Positions 58,163 through 64,000 of a stretch of 64,000 bases of DNA are shown one piece after another. The notes below the pieces were generated by a model. That model was not told the DNA's origin, searched no databases, and was given only the letters and a program-made list of their open reading frames with translations. The stretch lies in sequence record KY555145.1; one strand, written 5' to 3'. The stretch's first letter is position 1; each line of letters begins with the position of its first letter. Position numbers and translations under genes: made by a program.

Positions 58163-61100
58163 ATGTCCCACTCTTTCGATTTCCTCGCCGCGCTGTTCGC
58201 GGCGCATGAAGGCCCGATCGCCTTCGAGCACAACAACAAGACCGTCAAGACCCGCGATCCCGCGTTCGTGGAAGAGCACGATGGCGAACTCTATGTCTCT
58301 CCGACGACCCCGGACGGCCGCGTGGCCTTCGTGTTCGGCACGGACCAGGACGTCGACGCCGATGTCTGGGAGGCGTTTCGCCTCAAGCCGACCGTCGTCC
58401 TCTACAAGGAAAAGACCGGCGACATGATCGTGGCCTGGGCCTTCGAGGAGACCCAGGACATCGACGACGTGCGCCGCCTCGCCGAGGCGCTGGGCATGGC
58501 CGATCTGGAAGAGCCGATCCCGCTGCCCGGCACCAACGGCTGGTCGCTGGTCCGCGCCGAGGAGAGCGACTACTACCTCCTCGACGAGGTCGAGCGCGTC
58601 TATGCCCCGGACAAGAAGACCGGCTACGACGACCCGCCGAAGAACCGGCAAGAAAATCGGCAAAATTCTGACACGCAATCGGCGCAAGCTTCGGAAAAGG
58701 CTGGCAAAAAAGCCTCTTCCAAGACCGGCAAAAAGACCGGCGCCGACGCGCCGCCGTGGGACGAGGACCTCGGGACCTACGCCGACGCCGTGATCAAGCG
58801 CCCCTATGACGAGGGCGACCCGGCGCTGGCCCAGGAGATCATCGTCTCCGTCGGGGCCAACAGCAAGTCGATGAACTGGCAACCCAAGGCCATGCCGCTG
58901 GGCGCGTTCGTCGCCCAGTTCTGCCAGCACCGCGAGGGCGCCAAGGACGGCGTCTCCTTCGTGCTGGGCGACATGGTGCCGGGCCAGCGCAAGAAGACGG
59001 CGATCAAGGCCCTCTACGCCGTGGGCCTGGACGTCGACGTGGGCATGTCCTCGGCGGCGATCGACGCGGCCCTGGCCAAGTTCGGGCGCATGGCCGTCCG
59101 CTATACGACCCATTCCCACTTGAAGGCGGTCACCGACGTCAAGAAGGACGTCCTGATCAAGTGGTGCGAGCAGGAAGCCGACGGCGCCGACTACGAGGAG
59201 GACGAGGTCCTCCAGCGCTACTTCCTGGCCAAGGAACTGATGACCCCGGACGTCGCCAAGACGGTCGAGTTCAACGGGACCGAGCACAAGGACGGCGGCA
59301 TCATGGTCACCGTCAAGCACGCGCCGATCGCCAAGCACCGGATCATCGTCCCCCTGGCGGCGGCCTTCGACATCTCCAAGGTCGCGCCGACCCAGAAAGA
59401 GGCGATGGACAAGTGGGCCAAGGTCCCGACCGCGCTCGCCCGCGAACTGGGCGTGCCGCTGGACAAGTCGTGCCTGGACCCCTCGCGCCTGTTCTATCTG
59501 CCGCGCCACGCCAAGGGCAAGCCGTTCGAGATCAGCCTGTTCGGCGGCGACCTGTTCGACTGGAAGAGCCTGACCCTCGACGATCCGTTCGAGGCCGAGA
59601 TCGCCAAGCTGACCAAGGGGACCAGCAAGTCCAAGACCGAGGCCGGTCGCAACCTGGGCCGCTGGTCGATGAAGGCCGCCCACGGCTTCCAGGTCGTCCA
59701 GGTCATGGAGGAGCACTGCCCCGACAAGCTGCGCCACCAAGTCTCGGCCGGCTACGAGATCGAGTGCCCGTTCGACGAGCTTCACTCCAACGCTGGCGAC
59801 ACCGAGGATCGCGCCTGTCTGGCGGTCAACGCCGGCGATGGTCCGAGCGAGTGGTTCACCGTCCGCTGCCAGCACGAGTCCTGCCGCGAGTTCACCAATC
59901 TCGACATGCTCGGCAAGATGGTCGAGGACGGCTGGTTCGACCGCGACGTGCTCGACGACGAGACCTACAACATCGTCGAGGCCGAGAACGCCCCCAACCC
60001 GCAGGCGGCCAAGAAGATCGAGAAGGAGGACAAGGCCAAGGAAGCCTATATGCAGGCGATCTTTGACCTCCCCGAATCCGACTTCACCGACGACGACGTC
60101 GAGAAGGTCCTGCGCGTCTGCTGCGAGGCCAATCTGGGGACCCTGGCCGAGAACAAGGCCAAGGAAGCCCTCAAGGCGCGCCTGGGCGTCACCGGCACGG
60201 TGATCAACAAGATGTTCAAGGACATGAAGGCCACGGTCGCGCGCGAGCAGAACGCCGAGGGCGCGGTCAAGGACCCGCTGGGCCGCAGCATCTTCGCCTA
60301 TGCGGGCGAGTTCAACTTCGACGAGGCCTTCGCCTGCTGCTTCCGCGCGCTGGTCAACACCAACCGCGAGAAGGACCAGCCGATCTTCTCCTGCTTGCAG
60401 GACAAGCCCGTGCGCATGGCTCCCGAGCCGGATGGTCGTCTGAAGTTCACCGAGATCGGCACGGCCGCCTCCATGGGGGCCGAACTGAACGAGCTTGTCA
60501 CCTTCGTGCGCAAGAACGAGCAGGGCCAGGGCGCGCGCGGAAGGGTTCCCGACGACGTGGCGCGCCACGTGTTCGAGAAGGCCTACACCCGCCTGCCGCG
60601 CACGCCCGAGATCATGTACACCCCGATCTATACGGCCGAGGGTGACCTGATCCGCAAGCCCGGCTGGTATCAGAACCTCGACATCCTGATGGCCGACATC
60701 GGCTTCGACGTTCCGAAGGTGTTCAGCGATCCGACGCCCGAGGAGGTCGAGGACGCCGTGAAGCTCCTGACCGACGAGGTCCTGATCGACTTCCCGTTCC
60801 TGGACTATGACACCGCCGGCAACGAGCGGCGCGAGCCGTCCATGGCCAACGCCCTGGCGATGCTGATCACCCCGTTCATGCGCCGCATGATCGATAGTTG
60901 CACGCCGGTGTTCTTCGTCTCCAAGCCGACGCCGGGCACGGGCGGGACCTTCCTGGGGATGGTGCCGATCATCCTGTTCGACGGCGAGGAGCCGGCCCCG
61001 ATTCGCTACACCCAGAACGAAGAGGAAATGCAGAAGGCGCTTTTGGCTTCTCTCATGAATTCAAAGGCTTACCTCTTCTTCGACGACGTCAAGGAGTTCA

Positions 61101-61819
61101 ACAACCGGGTGTTGCTGATGGCGATCACCTCGCGTTATATTGGTGGTCGCGTCCTCGGCTCCTCGAAGAACATCGAGATGCCGAACAACTCGATCTGGAT
61201 CGCCACGGGCAACAACCCGCTGATCTCCTCGGAAATGGCCCGGCGGGTGGTCGACATCCGCCTCAACGCCAAGACCTCGGACATCCAGAAGCGCACCTAC
61301 AAGCACCCCGACTACGTCCAGTGGCTCAAGGCCAATCGCGGCGAGATCGTCCACGCGATCCTCACCCTGATCGCCCATTGGATCAACTGCGGCATGCCGA
61401 AGTTCACGGCCCGCAAGCGCGCGTCGTTCGAGGACTGGTCCGAGAAGGTGGGCGGCGTGCTGATGTGCGCCAACATCGAGGGCTTCCTGGACAACCGCCG
61501 CTCGGTCGCCGCCGACATGGATGAGGCCGCGATCAAGCAACTGGTCCGCGATTGGCTGCTCAAGTGGGGCGAGAAGACCCAGGTCAAGATCGCCGACCTG
61601 TGGAGCTACGCCTACGACATGGAACTCGACATCGTTTCGGGGGCCAACGACGACCAGAAGAAGGCCCGCTTCATGCGCATCCTTCCAACCCTGGACGGCC
61701 GGACGTTCAAGATGCCGCGCGGCGACTGCATGGTCCGCGCCGGCTCCGACGCCGACGGCAATGTCACCTATCATCTGGAGCGCCTGAGCGCGACGGAGGA
61801 GGTCCTGGAGACTGCCTGA
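58163..61819 (+). CDS. Large primase/helicase-like replication protein
   Basis: AEP-like DVD...YTTHSH...HRIIVPL...D.SRLFYLP; Zn-like CPF..LH...CQHESC; C-terminal P-loop-like KPTPGTGGT with LFFDDV and ATGNN. Confidence 0.75.
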   Translation: MSHSFDFLAALFAAHEGPIAFEHNNKTVKTRDPAFVEEHDGELYVSPTTPDGRVAFVFGTDQDVDADVWEAFRLKPTVVLYKEKTGDMIVAWAFEETQDIDDVRRLAEALGMADLEEPIPLPGTNGWSLVRAEESDYYLLDEVERVYAPDKKTGYDDPPKNRQENRQNSDTQSAQASEKAGKKASSKTGKKTGADAPPWDEDLGTYADAVIKRPYDEGDPALAQEIIVSVGANSKSMNWQPKAMPLGAFVAQFCQHREGAKDGVSFVLGDMVPGQRKKTAIKALYAVGLDVDVGMSSAAIDAALAKFGRMAVRYTTHSHLKAVTDVKKDVLIKWCEQEADGADYEEDEVLQRYFLAKELMTPDVAKTVEFNGTEHKDGGIMVTVKHAPIAKHRIIVPLAAAFDISKVAPTQKEAMDKWAKVPTALARELGVPLDKSCLDPSRLFYLPRHAKGKPFEISLFGGDLFDWKSLTLDDPFEAEIAKLTKGTSKSKTEAGRNLGRWSMKAAHGFQVVQVMEEHCPDKLRHQVSAGYEIECPFDELHSNAGDTEDRACLAVNAGDGPSEWFTVRCQHESCREFTNLDMLGKMVEDGWFDRDVLDDETYNIVEAENAPNPQAAKKIEKEDKAKEAYMQAIFDLPESDFTDDDVEKVLRVCCEANLGTLAENKAKEALKARLGVTGTVINKMFKDMKATVAREQNAEGAVKDPLGRSIFAYAGEFNFDEAFACCFRALVNTNREKDQPIFSCLQDKPVRMAPEPDGRLKFTEIGTAASMGAELNELVTFVRKNEQGQGARGRVPDDVARHVFEKAYTRLPRTPEIMYTPIYTAEGDLIRKPGWYQNLDILMADIGFDVPKVFSDPTPEEVEDAVKLLTDEVLIDFPFLDYDTAGNERREPSMANALAMLITPFMRRMIDSCTPVFFVSKPTPGTGGTFLGMVPIILFDGEEPAPIRYTQNEEEMQKALLASLMNSKAYLFFDDVKEFNNRVLLMAITSRYIGGRVLGSSKNIEMPNNSIWIATGNNPLISSEMARRVVDIRLNAKTSDIQKRTYKHPDYVQWLKANRGEIVHAILTLIAHWINCGMPKFTARKRASFEDWSEKVGGVLMCANIEGFLDNRRSVAADMDEAAIKQLVRDWLLKWGEKTQVKIADLWSYAYDMELDIVSGANDDQKKARFMRILPTLDGRTFKMPRGDCMVRAGSDADGNVTYHLERLSATEEVLETA

Positions 61820-61846
61820 CGGGGGTGAGTGCTCCAGGCCCACGAG

Positions 61847-61877
61847 AAAGGCCCCAGGATCGCTCCTGGGGCCTTTT
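61847..61877. terminator. Bidirectional intrinsic terminator
   Basis: AAAGGCCCCAGGA/TCCTGGGGCCTTTT between convergent genes. Confidence 0.88.
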
Positions 61878-61897
61878 GAGTGTCTGAGGCTGGCCGA

Positions 61898-62242
61898 CTA
61901 GAGCCAGATGATCTGAGGGGCCTTGCCGCGCTTCCTGACGATCTGCACGAGGCCTTCGGCGACGAGCTTGCCGTACAACCGGTCGAGCGAGGCGGTCTTG
62001 GTCCGGCCTTTGTCCCCGGCTTGCTGGCGCCGCCGCGCCTTGCGGTTCATCGCCTCCCGTCCGTAGGTCATCTCGATCCCGGTCTGGAGGTCCTGGCGCG
62101 TCAGCTTGCCGCTGGCGAGGGCTTGATCGAGCACCTCCACGGCCTCGGGCGGGTACTTCTCCCGCGCGGCCTTCAGATAGGCCGCCTTCTCCTCGGGGGA
62201 TAGAGTTTCGACGGGGTCTTGTTCGGGGGTCGGCGCGGTCAT
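61898..62242 (-). CDS. Hypothetical protein
   Basis: GGAG RBS before MTAPTP at 62242; 114 aa. Confidence 0.7.
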   Translation of the reverse strand: MTAPTPEQDPVETLSPEEKAAYLKAAREKYPPEAVEVLDQALASGKLTRQDLQTGIEMTYGREAMNRKARRRQQAGDKGRTKTASLDRLYGKLVAEGLVQIVRKRGKAPQIIWL

Positions 62243-62357
62243 GAAAATCTCCAGGCGCGGGAATGTCACCCCTGATGACACACCCAGCACGAGACGTAAA
62301 GTGTTGACAGACGACACTCGCAGCCGGTATTGAACCTCCTGTACGGTAAGGGAAAAC

Positions 62358-62957
62358 ATGATCGACGACGAGTCAGACTGGCAGGAAGGCGAGCTTTCGC
62401 CGCCCCGCGCCCCGATCACCACCAAGGACCTGACGGCCGCCGCCCAGAGCGTCGCCGGCGGGCGCATGGCGGCGATGCGGGCGGCTGGAGAATCCCATCG
62501 ACGCGATTTCCTGATCCTGCGTGGACCGCTGGGCGTTGTCCGGCTCTCGTTCGCGCATGTTCCGGTCCTCCAGGCGCTTTGGCGTGTCTGGGCTCGCAAG
62601 CGGCTCCAGCGGATCGATGATCCCGGCGCCAATCTTGCAGAGATCGGAGCCGAGATGGGTTTGGAGGTCAGCGCGGTCCGCCCGGTGATCACCAGCCTGC
62701 ACAAGAACCGACTGATCCGCACGCGCCGCAGCCACCACGGCTGGCAGGGCGTGCGGGCGACCTACTACCCGTCGGAGATCGCCGTCCAGGCCCTGGGCTT
62801 GGCGGAGGTCCTCGGCCCTGGTCACGCCGTCCAGGTGGGGCGTAACGCCTCGGCCTGGGCGAGCCGCAGCCAGACCGAGCCCGGCAACCTGTTCCAACAC
62901 GCCGCGCTGTTGCGGGGCGGGGCTCATGCCAGGGCCTACGATTCGGAGTATTCATGA
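62358..62957 (+). CDS. Winged-helix DNA-binding protein (putative)
   Basis: LAEIGAEMGLEVSAVRPVITSLHKNRLIRTRR wHTH-like segment; upstream TTGACA promoter and AAGGGA RBS. Confidence 0.7.
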   Translation: MIDDESDWQEGELSPPRAPITTKDLTAAAQSVAGGRMAAMRAAGESHRRDFLILRGPLGVVRLSFAHVPVLQALWRVWARKRLQRIDDPGANLAEIGAEMGLEVSAVRPVITSLHKNRLIRTRRSHHGWQGVRATYYPSEIAVQALGLAEVLGPGHAVQVGRNASAWASRSQTEPGNLFQHAALLRGGAHARAYDSEYS

Positions 62958-62958
62958 A

Positions 62959-63375
62959 ATGCCGCAAACCGCGAAAGACCTCAAAGCCGCCGACGTCCAG
63001 CCCGCCGGGGCTAAGGGAAGCGCGCAGCCTGGAGGTGCTGAAGGGGCGACCTCCACGGGTGCGGTCCTTCTGAGCAAGGAGGCCATCGGCCAGATCGGGG
63101 AAGCCCTCGGCGGCCGGACCCATTGGCAGGCCTCGATCGCGCGTCGGGTCGGCGTCTCCAAGTCGCAGATCACCCGCTATCTCAATGGCGATCGCACGCC
63201 CAACACCGCCCTGGGCGACATCTTCATGGACCTGATCGTCGGGAACATCGAGGAACTGTCCGACCTCCTGAGCACGCCCGGCCTGCCCGAGGCCGAGGGC
63301 GCGGTGGTCGCCGAAGCCCAGCGCCACATCCAGCAAGCCGTGCAGTTGCTGCGCGACAAAATCCTGTATTCCTGA
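62959..63375 (+). CDS. HTH (XRE-like) DNA-binding protein
   Basis: WQASIARRVGVSKSQITRYLNGDRTP motif. Confidence 0.78.
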   Translation: MPQTAKDLKAADVQPAGAKGSAQPGGAEGATSTGAVLLSKEAIGQIGEALGGRTHWQASIARRVGVSKSQITRYLNGDRTPNTALGDIFMDLIVGNIEELSDLLSTPGLPEAEGAVVAEAQRHIQQAVQLLRDKILYS

Positions 63376-63383
63376 GGTCCCGC

Positions 63384-63854
63384 ATGTCCCTGATTGAGAA
63401 GCTCAACAACGACGCCCTGGCCGCCCGCAAGGCGGCGATGCGCAAGGAAGCCGGCGGCGAGCACGCCGTTCTCCTGGCGACGGTCGCGGCGGACGCCGCC
63501 ATGATCGCCAAGAACGACCGCCAGAACCCCGGCCGCGACGTCACGGACGAGGACGTCGTCGCCACGCTGAAGAAGCACATCGGCGGCATCGACACCACCC
63601 TGGCGGAACTGACCAAGCGCGGCCGGTCCGAGGAGGAGCAGTCGCGCTTCATCGTCGAGCGCCGGCGCCTGGAGGCCTATCTGCCCCAGACCCTGTCGGG
63701 CGGCGATCTGACCGACGCGATCCACGCCACGGCCGCCAAGCTCGGCGTCGACCTGCACGTCAAGAGCACCAAGGCGATCGTCGCCGATCTGCAAGAGCAG
63801 TTCCCTGGCCAGATTGATTCTTCGGAAGTCGCGCGCTATCTTAAGAACGTCTGA
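63384..63854 (+). CDS. YqeY/GatB-like domain protein
   Basis: LIEKL..D...A.K...R...TDEDVVA.LKK...E...LEAYLPQ.LS..DL...I pattern of YqeY. Confidence 0.8.
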   Translation: MSLIEKLNNDALAARKAAMRKEAGGEHAVLLATVAADAAMIAKNDRQNPGRDVTDEDVVATLKKHIGGIDTTLAELTKRGRSEEEQSRFIVERRRLEAYLPQTLSGGDLTDAIHATAAKLGVDLHVKSTKAIVADLQEQFPGQIDSSEVARYLKNV

Positions 63855-63881
63855 TCCCAGACGAAATCCCAGTCAGAACTT

Positions 63882-63912
63882 AAAAGGCCCCGGAGCGATC
63901 CGGGGCCTTTTT
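63882..63912. terminator. Bidirectional intrinsic terminator
   Basis: AAAAGGCCCCGGA/TCCGGGGCCTTTTT. Confidence 0.9.
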
Positions 63913-63932
63913 CTATTGGTGGACGGGGCGCC

Positions 63933-64000
63933 TCACGCCGCTTCCGTCTCGGGACCATCCTTGATCCAGGCCGCGTAGAGGTCTTCCAGGACCTTGACGC
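63933..64000 (-). CDS. C-terminus of a gene running off the window
   Basis: ...VKVLEDLYAAWIKDGPETEAA-stop converging on the terminator. Confidence 0.5.
   Translation of the reverse strand, partial: VKVLEDLYAAWIKDGPETEAA

Overview
High-GC dsDNA phage genome segment whose gene content and order match a phiCbK-like Caulobacter siphophage (recognised from gene families, no database search run). 1-22.9 kb, + strand: tail tube, frameshifted tail chaperones, 1961-aa tape measure, GTA-like tail tip, two paralogous DUF2793-type fibres and a lysis cassette. 23-43.6 kb, mostly - strand: XRE regulator, nucleotide metabolism (dut, nrdB-glutaredoxin fusion, intein-containing nrdA, thyX, dNMP kinase) and replication/modification genes (RecD-like helicase, SSB-like protein, Cas4-like nuclease, DEDDh exonuclease, T7-like DNA polymerase, two methyltransferases, T5 A1-like protein). 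43.7-46.8 kb is a ~3.1-kb island with no credible protein genes, packed with RNA genes. It holds an unassigned ~630-nt structured RNA with its own promoter and terminator, a ~870-nt GOLLD-like RNA with an embedded tRNA-like domain, a circularly permuted two-piece tmRNA with its own tag, and three tRNAs, two of them with unexpected long variable arms. It also holds a structured motif repeated three times and a pair of tRNA halves in permuted order. A second unassigned ~290-nt RNA lies after the lysis genes. 46.8-64 kb: SNF2 helicase, rIIB/rIIA, tyrosine recombinase, large primase-helicase and small hypothetical genes. A 15-bp motif GTCRTGAATCTTGAC, in which a GANTC site abuts a -35 box, recurs about 11 times, almost always at gene starts. 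All RNA folds were derived by eye and need covariance-model or experimental confirmation.
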